From positions 365,552,001 to 365,616,000 of the forward strand of contig OZ024741.1 of NCBI GenBank assembly GCA_964016885.1: a stretch of DNA of 64,000 bases, written 5' to 3'. Shown piece after piece: positions 27,993-47,747 of the stretch. Numbering within the stretch: the first letter of the stretch is position 1; each line of letters begins with the position of its first letter. Position numbers and translations under genes: made by a program. This DNA comes from Eledone cirrhosa. Taxonomy: Eukaryota. A model generated the notes under the pieces. The model saw nothing but the letters and a program-made list of their open reading frames with translations. It ran no database searches and was not told where the DNA came from.

Positions 27993-28571
27993 GAAATTGA
28001 TTAACATATAAATAAACATGAATAATCACAGGATATAATTTGTACAAGTGTGTAAGCACACATAGCTAGGTAGGTAACTAAATAAAGTTAACTAGAACTT
28101 CAAAAATAGATACCTTATAATATGATTAATCTTCCCTGTATATATTCCATTAAAGAAATATATTTCACCAATTAAGCGAATGGTAAACGGCGGATGCCGG
28201 TACTTGGATTTTCAACAAGGAAGAAGTCCAGCGATCTATGTTTAGCTGGTATGATATGTGTATTTCTAGTAGATACAGCACGTGTTACTGGCCAGTCGCT
28301 GATTTGAACTTGAAGTGTAAACATAGATCGCTGGACTTCTTCCTTGTTGAAAATCCAAGTACCGGCATCCGCCGTTTACCATTCGATTAATTGGTGAAAT
28401 ATATTTCTTTAATGGAATATATACAGGGAAGATTAATCATATTATAAGGTATCTATTTTCGAAGTTCTGGTTAACTTTATTTAGTTACCTACCTAGCTAT
28501 GTGTGCTTACACACTTGTAAAAATTATATCCTGTGATTAATCATATGTTTATTTATATGTTAATCAATTTC
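27993..28571. repeat. ~250-bp inverted repeat (73-nt spacer) with a full three-helix U3-A8 hammerhead in each arm (family I: 28130-28224 -, 28338-28432 +)
   Basis: TCTTCCTTG-TTGAAAA-T-CCAA...TTGG-T-GAA-ATATATTTC-TTTAAT-GGAATATAT-A-CAGGGAAGA: 9-bp stem I and 9-bp stem III. Confidence 0.82.
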
Positions 28572-28642
28572 AAGTTGTTATGTATATGTATATGTATATG
28601 CATATATATGTATATGTATATATATGTATATGTATATATGTG

Positions 28643-28720
<78 letters not shown>

Positions 28721-28781
28721 TATGTATATATATATATACATACGTAAATATATACTATACATATATATATATATGTGTGTA

Positions 28782-28848
<67 letters not shown>

Positions 28849-29856
28849 TAGAGAGAGAGTGAGTGAGAGAGAGAGAGGGAAAGAAAGAGAGAGTGAGATA
28901 GAGATAGAGAGAATATGTATATATAAACGTGAGTATGTATAATGTTTATATATACAATTAAAGATGGTCGCATAAAAATAGATGCACAGATGTTCGATTG
29001 GTGGTTGAAGAATAGTGAGAGGCAGGCAACTAAGTGCATCTTTAGTAAAAACATTACACTGTATTACAATATGAAGAGATGCTGTGCAAGGTATGAGTTT
29101 TAAATTGGATAAATCTTATAGAAGAATAATGGAAACAATGTTAGTTGGGAAACCGATTAGTAGCAGATACATAAGCACTTATACTTTCCTGTTTTTGTTT
29201 CGGTTTTCTCATAGAGAAATATCTTAATTGATGCTGCGGAAAAGATTGATTTCCTATATGAACCAATATGATATGCATTATCCTGACCAAGTAGAGTTTG
29301 ATAATATTTACGAAAGTATGTTTTCATTTAAGTAGACAAATGATTGTAAAAGTACATAGATATACGAGGAAATGTGAAAATAAAACGAAGCTAAACAGTA
29401 AAACTTCTATCATCTTACATAGTGTTTCTTATATGCAATTATTTTTAAATTCTCAAAGGTGTTCGTCTGTCCATCTTTTCGACAGTTCTGTCGATGAATC
29501 AATTAAAATCGACTGCCATACACACACGCAGCCACAGATATATTTATATATATAATGTATGTATGTACTCCCGGCAGAGCTGTTCTGCTGCCGGTAGCGG
29601 ATAGCAATACAGTCACTAGACATGACAGTTAGTTGCGATATAAGCGAGCTTGGGTCGAAGGAATAAGCAACTAGGAGAGAAGGAGCAATGTGTGTGTGTG
29701 GGGGGGGGGGGGGGGGGGGCAACTGTTAGCTCCCAAGAAAACTTTCACTACTCAGTGATGCAGATACGATGAGGTGGGTAAATGTCATCACTTGAAAGCC
29801 TAACATTTCTTCTTCTTCTTCTTCTTCTTCTTCTTCTTCTTCTTCTTCAAAATATT

Positions 29857-30630
29857 GTGACACCTCAAATAAGGCGACAAAAGCATGCTGCTACAATAAT
29901 ACAACATCGATATATACAAACAGGTCGAACAATAACCTGGACCATCCCGAGAGGACATGAACCGATAAAATTGATGAAAATGTTCGATAGGTTTCTGGAA
30001 ACTCGGAGAGATGCATTCCAAGTTGCATAATGAATATGCAAGTCATTGATGCATCTGTTGATGGAACGGGGGATAACCCCTCGTCAACAGGTTTTATGTT
30101 CCATGTATCCGATACTTTCCGGTTTCTAGACAACACTGTGTCAGTCTACCGTAGCAGTAAACTTAGCTGTGAGGTCACGTGGCCTTTCTCAAAAAAAGAG
30201 GAAGGTCTGTTTACCGATGTTTTGGTGGGTACATTCAAAATGTGAAAAATAATTGTTTCACAGCCTTGAATAAGCTTTAAGGTAGGTTTACAAAAATCTA
30301 TTAAACAATTATAAACACTAAGAGAGAAATAAATAATAATGACTACAGCCAAAGTTGCAGATACACTATAGCTGGTGTTCATCGAGTTATAGTCAATTAG
30401 TGAGAAATTGCTATATTTTCACCCAGAGCGAACACCAAACAATTGAAGAATTGTGAAACCAAGAATAAGACTACCAAAAGGGTGTTGCTACTATAATACA
30501 ACAACATAGATGTATACAAACAAGTCGACACACTAACGTGGACCATCTTGAGTGGATGTGAATCGCTAAAACTCGATAAAAATTGATAAAAATCTTCGAT
30601 AGGTTTCTGGGAAATCCGGAGAGATACATT
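29857..30630 (+). repeat. Diverged ~165-bp direct repeat (29857-30018, 30453-30630)
   Basis: tatacaaaca.gtcga...tggaccatc...ttcgataggtttctgg...cggagagat.catt occurs twice. Confidence 0.7.
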
Positions 30631-30638
30631 ATATATAT

Positions 30639-30750
30639 AGAGTTCAAATCCCGCCGAGGTTAACTTTGCCTTTCATCCTTACGTGGGTCGATAAAATAAA
30701 GTACCAGTAATGTACTGAGTAATTGCTGGCCTTGTGCCAATAGTAGAAAC

Positions 30751-30756
<6 letters not shown>
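30639..30756 (+). mobile_element. 5'-truncated Meta/MESC-like SINE
   Basis: agagttcaaatcccgccgaggttaactttgcctttcatcc...gtcgataaaataaagtaccag. Confidence 0.85.
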
Positions 30757-30811
<55 letters not shown>

Positions 30812-30814
30812 TAC

Positions 30815-31450
30815 GTTATTCCGGGTTGAATCGGAGGTAACCACAGTAAGTAAGGTACTCAATACATAGCAGAGTATAAAAGTTTTAATATAGATGAGAT
30901 TCTACAGGACTAGAACTGTTTCATTCTTTAGAAATCATCAAGAATCTGGGTATCAAAAAATAAAAATGGTATTTATAGGTCTCTACAAGTGGTAGGAGAG
31001 GGTGGGGAGTGGGATGGGTGTAGGTCATTGGTTGATAGAAAAGGGAATTCATTAAAAGCTAATTCTACAAAGCTATAGTTTATTTTTATTTATTTATGTT
31101 TTAAGAGTAACAAAGGCAGACAGAGTTCTATAAACAGGTTCCGGATGGCATACCATTCCTTGTCATTAAGTTTCTCTTAAGCTAACAGATGTCTATAAGA
31201 TCAGTGGGGGGTCCGTCATGGTAGATAGAATTAAAGAAAAGGGAGATTCTTTAAAGGCTAAAATCATTAAGGTTCTACTAAGTGACAAAGGTTTAGAGAA
31301 TTCTGTAGACAGATTCAAAATACTGAGTGGATATCTTACAATTATCTTCGAACTTCTCTTAAACTAATCAACTATATGTCAAAAATCAACAGACACATTC
31401 ACAAAAAAAACATACTCACTCACACAATCACGCGCAACCATAAACACACA
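30815..31450 (-). mobile_element. Longer copy of pLTR-like family F with HHR-like core
   Basis: Matches 23828-23942. Minus strand reads TTGATGA-T-TTCT-AA-AGAA-T-GAAAC. Starts at (TA)n. Confidence 0.55.
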
Positions 31451-31549
31451 TACACATACACATATACACACATAAAAACACACACACATATATATAAATA
31501 TATTTATATACATACATATACATACACACATACATATATATATATATAC

Positions 31550-31594
<45 letters not shown>

Positions 31595-31750
31595 CATATA
31601 CACACATATATATATAATTGTTATATATATATACACACATATATATATATACACACATATATATATATATATATACATACATATACACACATATATATAT
31701 AATTGTTATATATATATACACACATATATATATATACACACATATATATA

Positions 31751-31938
31751 TAATTGTTTCTACTTTAGGCACAAGGCCAGCAATTACCCAGTGCATTACT
31801 GGTACTTTATTTTATCGACCCCGTAAGGATGAAAGGCAAAGTCAACCTCGGCGGGATTTGATCTCAGATCGTAAAGGGACGTAACTATGCTGGAAAGCAT
31901 GGCGTCCGACCCTCTACCGATACTGCCAATCCACCGCC
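31751..31938 (-). mobile_element. Full-length Meta/MESC-like tRNA SINE
   Basis: Minus strand ggcggtggattggcagtatcggtagag...gagatcaaatcccgccgaggttgactttgcctttcatcc. Confidence 0.88.
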
Positions 31939-31939
31939 T

Positions 31940-35620
<3,681 letters not shown>

Positions 35621-35651
35621 ATATATATGTATGTGTATATATGTATATATG

Positions 35652-35684
<33 letters not shown>

Positions 35685-35693
35685 GTATGTGTA

Positions 35694-35766
<73 letters not shown>

Positions 35767-35953
35767 ATTTATGTGTATATGTATACACATGTATATTTGT
35801 GTTTGTATGTATGTGTGTGAGTGTATTTATATGTATATATATGTGTGTGTGTGTGGATATAAATATATATATATGTAGATAGACAGATATAGATATGTGT
35901 ATATATATATATATACATGTATATAAATGTGTATAGACAGATATAGATATGTG

Positions 35954-35987
<34 letters not shown>

Positions 35988-36302
35988 CATGTATATATAT
36001 GTATATATGTATATATATATATATATTGTGTGTGTGTATGTGTGTTTGTGTATTTATGTGTAAGTGTGTATCTATGTGTGAGTTAGTGTGTGTGTCTGTG
36101 TGTGGGTATGTGTCTGTGCGTTTCAAATGAGTACTCATTACAATATAGCAGTAAAAATGTAAAATTATATTGATTTGGCATAGATTATCCTCAAGATCTT
36201 TTTGTTTCGCTCGACAACGATTTGATCAGTGTGTGATCAAGTTGTTATCGAGCCAACCAATATTTTTTTTTGGGGGGGGGGGGACATCTCAAGTAACCTC
36301 TA

Positions 36303-36368
<66 letters not shown>

Positions 36369-36659
36369 AATACACATACACAGACACTCTCTCTCTCTCT
36401 CTCTCTCACGCACACGCATAAATATATTTGACTTCCCACAATATGGCTGACAAAACACGTTTTCTCCTGTAAAAACTTTTTAGTCGTTTCTGCTTTTCTT
36501 ACTTTTATTTATGTTTCTAGTTCTTCTTGCTTTCATACAATCTTCTGATGGAGGACTAACTTCCGAAATGTTGAAAGTCTTTGCTGCTCTATCATACGTG
36601 AAACTAATAGACACCTTCATTGTACTGTATCCAATCACTGTGTATATTCTTCGTTTACT

Positions 36660-36733
<74 letters not shown>

Positions 36734-37197
36734 GCGCACACACAAACAGACACACACATACATCCAACACACAAGTACAAATATATATTTATATATATAT
36801 TTATATATGTATGTATGTTTGCGTGATGTAAATTCACATAAATTCTTGTTTTACGATTTTGTAATGTCGTACAAAATGAAGCATCGGGAAATAAAGGGCC
36901 TTATTGAAAGATGCAATGCACCGTCGCTAATCGGAGTCAAGGACATACGATTGTGAGTAAATTATCCTCAGGATTTTACAAAACATCTGGCAAAAATATG
37001 AATAATTATAATTTAAAGGACCTGATACGTCATACACTGCCACCCATCTTTTCTATTTGAAAATTACTCATGTTACACATGTCTGTGAAATGCTCAGCCA
37101 CGGGCTTTGCAAATTCACATGCAGGCTGATTCGTTAATTGCATCGGCTTGAAGATTGTAATATGGAACTTAAGTTTGTACGTTTGCTGTATCACTGA

Positions 37198-38327
<1,130 letters not shown>

Positions 38328-38340
38328 GTGTGTATATATT

Positions 38341-39516
<1,176 letters not shown>

Positions 39517-39867
39517 GGTGTAAACAGAAATAACAACACAACCGTACCAGTATATGGAAGACATATATTAGGTGTAACGCTCGAAACGTCTCGGACGCTA
39601 TTCCTTCATGAAAAGAACTAATGAGAAATTAAAAATATTGAAGGGACAGGCAGGGCAGAATCGGAGAAACTGTTTTTTGAGAAAAATAAGATTTGAGATT
39701 CGACAAAATGAAGGTACTGGAGTGAGAGAGAGTCATGGTATATTTAAATAATACAGGAAACAAAGAAAATATCAGTGATACGTAAAGATTTCCTTGTGGA
39801 TGTTCAGGTAAACTCCGGGTGTAGATCCAGTTTCATAGTGATGAATTTGAGAGGTCCGCGTAAGCGT

Positions 39868-39925
<58 letters not shown>

Positions 39926-40380
39926 AAATATTGAGAAAAATACTGCAGGTAGCACATGGATAACATGTAATAAAATGAGTCCCTCATCAGTGATTTGCCG
40001 ACGATCATAGATATTTCATTGCATTAAAAATCATATACCTCACGTCGGTGCAATAATAACCAAAATAAGTTATTAGGACAATTGAAACGCGTAAAGCGAG
40101 TGAGACAGGAGAACAACAAAGAGTATAGCTAACCGTAGGGGAAAGAAACAAGCTTCAAAATTATTCTGTTTAGCATAAGCTAGGTGAATATATGAGCGCT
40201 TTAGAAAAAAGACCTGACACGAACGATGGCCATGTGAGAAGAGAGAGAAATAGCCTTCGTGGTGTACAGGTTGAAATGAAGAGAGGAGAAACAGTGAGTG
40301 AGTGAAAGTGTGAGGAAGAGTTAACTGACATGACAGAGGGGGCGAAAGAAGGTAGGAGAAACAGAGAGAATGGGGGAGCA

Positions 40381-40476
<96 letters not shown>

Positions 40477-40715
40477 GTAAAGGGTAAACAGAAAAATAAA
40501 CACAATCGGTACAGTATATGGAAGGAATATATTAGTTTAATGCTTGAAATAGCAGGACGCTAGTCCTTCATCAGAAGAAGGAGTGAAAAATTAAAAAGAC
40601 AGGCAGGGCGAAATCGGAAAAAAAAGTTTCAAGAGAAAACTAAGATTTGAAATTAACCATAATGAAGGTATAGTTATGGGGTCAGAGCGAAATAGACCAG
40701 TGAGAAGAAGAAGGT

Positions 40716-40783
<68 letters not shown>

Positions 40784-41099
40784 ATATTTTCTTTAGGTGG
40801 TTCTGGAAGCCTCAACAATGCAGATGGGTAATTCTCCGGGTAACAAGATCCGGTGGTGAATAGAGAGATGTAAGTGAATCTAGAATGAGATGTATAGTGT
40901 GTAGAACGTAGGAAAGAGCGTAAAAATGAAAAATAATAACACGAGATAGAGTTACCTTGGGAGAGATTTAATTGTCCCTATATTTCGGATTCACATCCAT
41001 CAACTGGAGAGTTTTCTGAGGGGGGTGGGTCATCTGTCGGATAGGAGCGATACGTGTCCTCTGCTGTTCGTTGTTTTGAATATCTGATATTATTGAATA

Positions 41100-41245
41100 T
41101 CACAGATGTGAGAAAAACCACAGACCCTCCATCTCAACTCTACTTTTGAAAAGCAGAAGAACTGCGAAACCGGTAAATGAACCAAATAAATATATATATA
41201 TTTTTTAAAATAAGACTCCAGTTGCATTTTCGATTTCATCTTTAT
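41100..41245 (+). mobile_element. pLTR-like fragment of family C with U3-A8 HHR (41142-41179)
   Basis: Reverse complement of ~9110-9252; ends in (TA)n. Confidence 0.8.
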
Positions 41246-41255
41246 ATATATATAT

Positions 41256-41597
41256 ATATGAAAACAGGGAGAAAGAGACGATTATTAGGAATAAAAAATT
41301 TTTTTTTTCCTTTTTTATTTATCTCTCTCTTTTTTCTGGGTTAGAAAATGATTAAAACGAAATGTCTTACTTTGTGTGAAGTGTTAAAGTATTAGTTGAT
41401 TTATTTATTATTTAACAATGCCATTTATTTATATTGTTAAATAATAAATAAATAAACTAATACCTTAACACCTCACACAAAGTAAAACATTTCGTTTTAA
41501 TCATTATCTAACCCAGAAAAAAGAGAGAGAGAAATAAAAAAGGAAAAAAATATATTTTTCTTCCTAATAATCATCTCTTTCTCCCTGTTTTCATATA
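41256..41597. repeat. ~340-bp foldback palindrome
   Basis: atatgaaaacagggagaaagag...tttaacaat versus attgttaaa...ctctttctccctgttttcatat, centre ~41427. Confidence 0.88.
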
Positions 41598-41642
41598 TAT
41601 ATCTATATATATATCTAACTCGTGTGCTTCCTCTCCACATTT

Positions 41643-41701
<59 letters not shown>

Positions 41702-41714
41702 TATATAGATATAT

Positions 41715-43170
41715 AGTAATAATAATAAATTTGGGGACTAAAATCTAAAGAGGGATCTATAAGGATAAATATATATCAAACATATAAGAACCCTAAAGCA
41801 AATATTTATTAAAATAACAGATTAAAGTTTAAGCAAAGAATCACTTCTTTCACCCTTAACGGGATCTTCTGAAACTAAAAAACTTAATCTGTGAACGCAG
41901 ATGTAAATATTTCGAAAAACGTTGCAACCAAAGTAAAACAGGAAGACGATACTTTGGTTCGTGGAGACAATCCCTGGCAATGAACGGACAAAAGCGAAGA
42001 TAATACGTCATTATTTGGATCGTTGAGAACAATTACATGCAATGACAAAACCGTTTATGTTATAAATGAAGTCGTAGACTAATATTCTATATAAGTGGTT
42101 CGTGGAGACGTTCCCTGGCAATGAACGGAATAAAGGCGAAGACAATACGTCATTACGTGGATCGATGAGAACAATTACACGCAAAGACAAAACCACGTCT
42201 ATGGTATAAATGAAGTCGTAGACTAAAATTCTATTTAGGAAATCGAATGATTCCGGCTTCAGAGTTAAGAATAATGTAAATAAATTACAGAGGTTATTGA
42301 AATCAACAATAATTAAATATATACATGCACGCATCCATATACGTACATACACATGCATACGCGAAAACTCCTGCCATGGGTTTGCATATACAAGTACGTA
42401 CACCAAAACACGCGCAACACCTGTACCCGCACACATACGAACGTATACACCAAATACACATAAAAATATTTAAAATATATATATAATTGTGTGTGTGTGC
42501 GTGTATACATATAATTATATAAACGTATATAAATATACACACATAAAGAGGTAAATGCACATATTTTCGCTAAAACGTCAACCGAAACACAAAGTACACA
42601 CATACACACCCTACAACCATGCAAATCCGCATACACACACAAACGCAAATACACGTATACGCATAACCATATACACGTGTACCAGTATATATAATTTAAA
42701 ATATACACCTATAACAAATACAAGCAAATATACGTACGAGAAAGTATACGTACCTTCAGAAAACATATATATAGTATATAGTTACCCATACAAATAAGTA
42801 ATGGTATACATATAAAATATATTTAGCTACCACATCAAGACATTATCCGCGTATTGTTCGTACTATCCGTTAGGGTATAATGTGGTGCTGTAATACAGGA
42901 AAGTTTTGTGCAATTTATGTTTACAAGCCGAAATTGCCTCAGATTTTTGGTTTAAGATGTGGTCATTGGCGTAGAGTATTTCCAGGGCTTCAGCGGCGCA
43001 GAGGTCACATGGTTTTTTATTTCCTTTATATGATCTAGCTTTAGCTAGGATCTCCCAATGTAACCTATATTTGGTGTGATTGTCTTTTAGACTCCAGATA
43101 TAAGCTAAAAGTGACGTATTCGCTCTTAAAGGATTAAGAAAAGAATGGGTATACATGTAAAGACGCTGCT
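41715..43170 (-). mobile_element. 3' fragment of a third Naiad-type PLE (GIY-YIG C-terminus 42863-43156, 3'UTR with ~115-bp subrepeats, HHR family B at 41826-41876)
   Basis: TSLLAYIWSLK...WEILAKARSY...CDLCAAEALEIL...LNQKSEAISACKHK. Homologous to 52695-53935 and 58780-59885. Confidence 0.9.
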
Positions 43171-43552
43171 TAAATCTATTTAATAAATAAATAAATAAAT
43201 AAATAAATAAATATATATATATATATATATATATCTGGCCGTCGGAACCGACAGAGGGTTACCGAATGTGAACAAAAGGGGAAACATGTACTGTGAGAAT
43301 GTTTTGGCTGTTGTTTCTAGCATGCCCCATAAATGCATCATCATATACTAATTTATGATTACTATGTTCAATATATTAACTTTGTAAATTATGCTGTCAA
43401 ATAAATGATTAGTTATTCAAAACTGCCTCAAGATTTACATTTAATAACAAAATGGTGACGGCAAACGAGGTTAAAAAAATATGATTAATAATTTTAATGA
43501 TTACTTTGCTTCATAAATGTTTCCCAGGAGACTCACCTAAATGCATATACAA

Positions 43553-43601
<49 letters not shown>

Positions 43602-43657
43602 CATACATATATGTATGTATATATGTGTATATATATATGCATGTATGTATGCATATG

Positions 43658-43690
<33 letters not shown>

Positions 43691-43794
43691 ATATGTATGT
43701 ATATGTATATATACACATATATATACATACGTATATATATATATGTATATATTTATATATATATGTATGTATGTATTATACGTATATATATGAG

Positions 43795-43838
<44 letters not shown>

Positions 43839-43839
43839 G

Positions 43840-44240
43840 GGCAAAGGAGCTCTTAAGAGTCAATGACCATCCAAAATCACCGGGAGAGATGACCCCTTAG
43901 CCTTTGTCAAGGCAGAATTCTAGGAGAAGGAAAACTCTGATATAACACCTGCAAACCTGATGGTATCCAATGATGTTGACTTGTTCTTCTTTTTGGTACA
44001 TATCATCTTGGTTAAGAGAGTGGGACTGGCTTTGTGCAGTGCCTTTGCTCACTATAAAAGCTCCACGGCACAGGCATTGCTTTGTATCTGGAGATCTTTC
44101 TGCACTTGTCATCACATGGTACCATGGGCCAAGCACTATGTGTCAATAATTGTCACAGGTGTAGTGTTTGTACCAGAGTTTTCAAATCGCTGGCTGGACT
44201 AAAAAGTCACACTCGTTCAGCGCATCGGTAGGGGTTCTCC
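43840..44240 (+). mobile_element. Possible RTE-clade LINE 5'UTR remnant
   Basis: Contains ggagaaggaaaactctgat...cctgc and ggactggctttgtgca, reminiscent of RTE/BovB 5'UTRs (from memory, not searched). Confidence 0.35.
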
Positions 44241-44290
<50 letters not shown>

Positions 44291-44300
44291 AGTATATATG

Positions 44301-44345
<45 letters not shown>

Positions 44346-44363
44346 GAGTATATATGTATATAT

Positions 44364-46866
44364 ATTGTTATGCTATGGGAGAATCATTTTGCCAATAAGA
44401 AACACACGCACCAGTGCTTTCACTCTAATTTATTATAAATTAAATTTATAAATTTAAGAATTTATAAATTTCCGGTTGGTTGGTTCCATAAGCGGTCGGT
44501 TGTTCATATATTGTCAAAGTTCTTTCGTCACACATTCTGTGACCTCTTCAGTGACAGGGGATTATTTTCTTTGTCTTTGTGTCTTTCTTTTGTTCTGTCC
44601 TACGCCTTCTTGTTTTTGTGTGTGTTGTGTGCTTAGTTCGCGCATGTGTTACATCCGGGTGTCTGTGTGTGTTTATATTTGTTTATTTATTTGTTTATTT
44701 ACATGTTTATTGGTTGGTTGTTTGTTCTATGTATGTGTGTGTTTTCATTTTGTCCTTAATTGTGATGTTGCGATTCCATTCATGTTTTTTTTTAAATTTT
44801 GGTTGGAGTTCATTTATGTTTATTGCCTCTGTGATTTGTCTAAACATTGCGTCTTTTCTGTGTGTAGATTCTATTTTTATTTCTATGTTCTCTAATATGC
44901 CCTTATGTTCTATTTTAGCATGTTGGTGGAGTATTGATGATTCTTTTTTATCTTGAAGTTCCCGCCAGTGTTCATTTAACCGTTCTCCTATGCTACGAGC
45001 TGTCTCACCTATGTACACTATATTCTTATCTTTACATTATCCTTCAGTACATCTTATGCTATATACTACATTTCTAGTTTTACAGTTAATATGGGGGCTT
45101 AGTTTACAGATTATACATTTCTTATCTACACAGGGAGGTCTTTGAAAAGGGTATGTATTGCTAGTAAGTGTTTTTATGGAGGTACCTGGTCTTTCTACCC
45201 TCTTCATATTAAGTTTATATTTATCTAGGGCTCTTCTAAGCTAATTCACCTCTAGGGGCTGTATTGATGAACATTACACTCTGGTATTTATTGCTATCAT
45301 ACCATGAGTTTATTCTATTAGCCTTATTCCTAGTTCTTTCTATTCTATTCCAAAATTTGCTCCTATACAAGAGGCAGGTCCCATTTTTGTCATTATTTAC
45401 CATTTAATCACATTTAGTTCTGGCTCCTCTATATACTCTGATTGTAACAAGAGAACTGCATACGGTGGATGAAGTGTTGTAAGTGTCTCTCTAGTTCTTT
45501 AGGGTTGCACATGCGGGACACGTTTCTCATCACCCGTACCAAATCCGCAATCAGTATGTTGATTTTGGTGTGATCCGAAACAGCTGAGTTTCGGTGGATC
45601 AGATATTTGTAAGTTATGGGTTTGGCATAATTGGAATGGAGGATTTGTTTTTTGTTATTAATGGTTTCTAACCTGAGCTCTGTGTCTAGTATAGGTAATC
45701 GATGGTTGGGGTGTTTGCTTGGGTAGTCTATAGTAACTCTAATACTCTGTTGGATGGAGTTAGCTATTTGCTGGATGCTTTCCATGGTGTTTTTCTCTAA
45801 TTCCTGACCGTTCTAGTGGGGCTTTTTTACTACGATGTTTATATCATCAACGTAGCGGGAGTACATTATCAGGGTTAAGATGTTGCTGTCTTCTAATTGT
45901 TCTTTAAGTTTAAGTTTAAGTTTATTGTCCCACCATACCATGAATATGTTAGCTATGTCACCTGCAATGCTAACACCAATGGCTGCTCCCTCCTCTTGGG
46001 CATATGTTTTTCCATTAAATTTGAACATATGTTCCTTAAGGGTTAATTTTATACTGCCCATTTTATACTAGATAAACACAAACTTAATATTAAGATAGTA
46101 GAAAGACCAGGCACCTCCATAAAAACACTTATTAACAATACATACCCTTTTCAAAGACCTACCTGTAAAACTAGAAATGTAGTATATAGCATAAGATGAA
46201 CTGAAGGACAATGTAAAGATAAGAATATAGTGTACATAGGTGAGACAGCTCGTAGTATAGGAGAACGGTTAAATGAACACTGGCAAGAACATCAAGATAA
46301 AAAAGTATCATCAATACTCCACCAACATGCTAAAATAGAACATAAGGGAAAATTAGAGAACATAGAAATAAAAATAGAATCTACACACAGAAAAGACGCA
46401 ATGTTTAGACAAATCACAGAGGCAATAAACATAAATGAACTCCAACCAAAATTAAATAGAAAACATGAATGGATAGTAAGATCACAACTTACAATTAAGG
46501 ACAAAATGAAAACACACGCACACATAGAACAAACAACCATCCAGTAACATGTAAATAAACAAATAAATAAACAAATATAAACACACATGTAACACATGCG
46601 CAAACTAAGCACACAACACACACAAAAACAAGATGGCGTAGGAAAGAACGAAGGAGAGGCAAAAAAACATGGAAAGGAATCCCCAGTCACTGAAGAGGTC
46701 ACAGAATTTGTGACAAAAGAACTTTGACAATATATGTCCGGTTATGGAACAAACCATCTAACCGGAAATTTATAAATTCTTAAATTTATAAATTTAATTT
46801 ATAATAAATTGGAGTGAAAGCAACTGGTGCGTGTGTTTCTTATTGACCCTCCCAAAGCATAACAAT
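44364..46866 (-). mobile_element. PLE family A: 5'-truncated RT/GIY-YIG copy (44364-46060) with an inverted copy of its 3' ~0.8 kb (46068-46866)
   Basis: FKFNGKTYAQEEGAAIG..., YSRYVDD, LPILDTEL, VYIGETARSIGERLNEH, RQITEA.NI; mirrored ORF 46230-46547 (+). HHRs at 44512-44556 (-) and 46685-46729 (+). Confidence 0.92.
44512..44556 (-). ncRNA. Type-I hammerhead ribozyme, canonical core (family A)
   Basis: TGTCA-CTGAAGA-G-GTCACA-GAATG-TGTGAC-GAA-AGAACT-T-TGACA. Confidence 0.85.
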
Positions 46867-46924
46867 ATCGGTTTCAACACACGTTTTCAGATATAGAATC
46901 TTGCTAAACAAATTCAGAAACGAA

Positions 46925-47056
<132 letters not shown>

Positions 47057-47747
47057 CCTATATCTCAATTTAATTTCCACACATAAGTTTTTTGTTTTTC
47101 CACCATATTGCAATTATGATTGGTATATCTTAAATCACATATGAAAATTAATTAAGCACTCTTCACTGTCCATTATGTAAATAGCTTTTCTCGGAAAGTA
47201 GTGATTTGTGCCGATCTACTTTGCTTCTGTAACATTTCTGAACTGGATATATATTTGCAAGTTTAATATTCATAATTCTAATTAGTCTTATAACGTTAAT
47301 ATAGCCTTTAGATATTTCTTTGGAATATTTTATTTTCGAATTAATAAGCAACGTTGTATGAATTGAATATGTGATATAATAATAGCTTCCTTGTAATAAC
47401 AGTGGTTTCCTTGAAATAGAAGTTGCTATATTAACGTATAATCAAGAATTGAGAAATATGACACCTTCCTTTCCTATTCACTGGTATTTACCTGAACACG
47501 GGGAGCAATTATAACCTATCTGACGCCAGCTAAGTTCCATACATAGTGTGTCTTAATGAGATGAGATGTGTTGGAACTCCGTCGACTCCGAACTCCAATG
47601 TTCCAGTTATTTGTTTAACAGAACTGAATGCTCATGAAATTAATGTGCACATACCTCAGTTTTCCACAATAACTCAAGGAGATTCATTGTGATAAAGTGT
47701 ATGACAAGATTGGCTCATTCAATTACAAATACAGACCATATGTTCGT

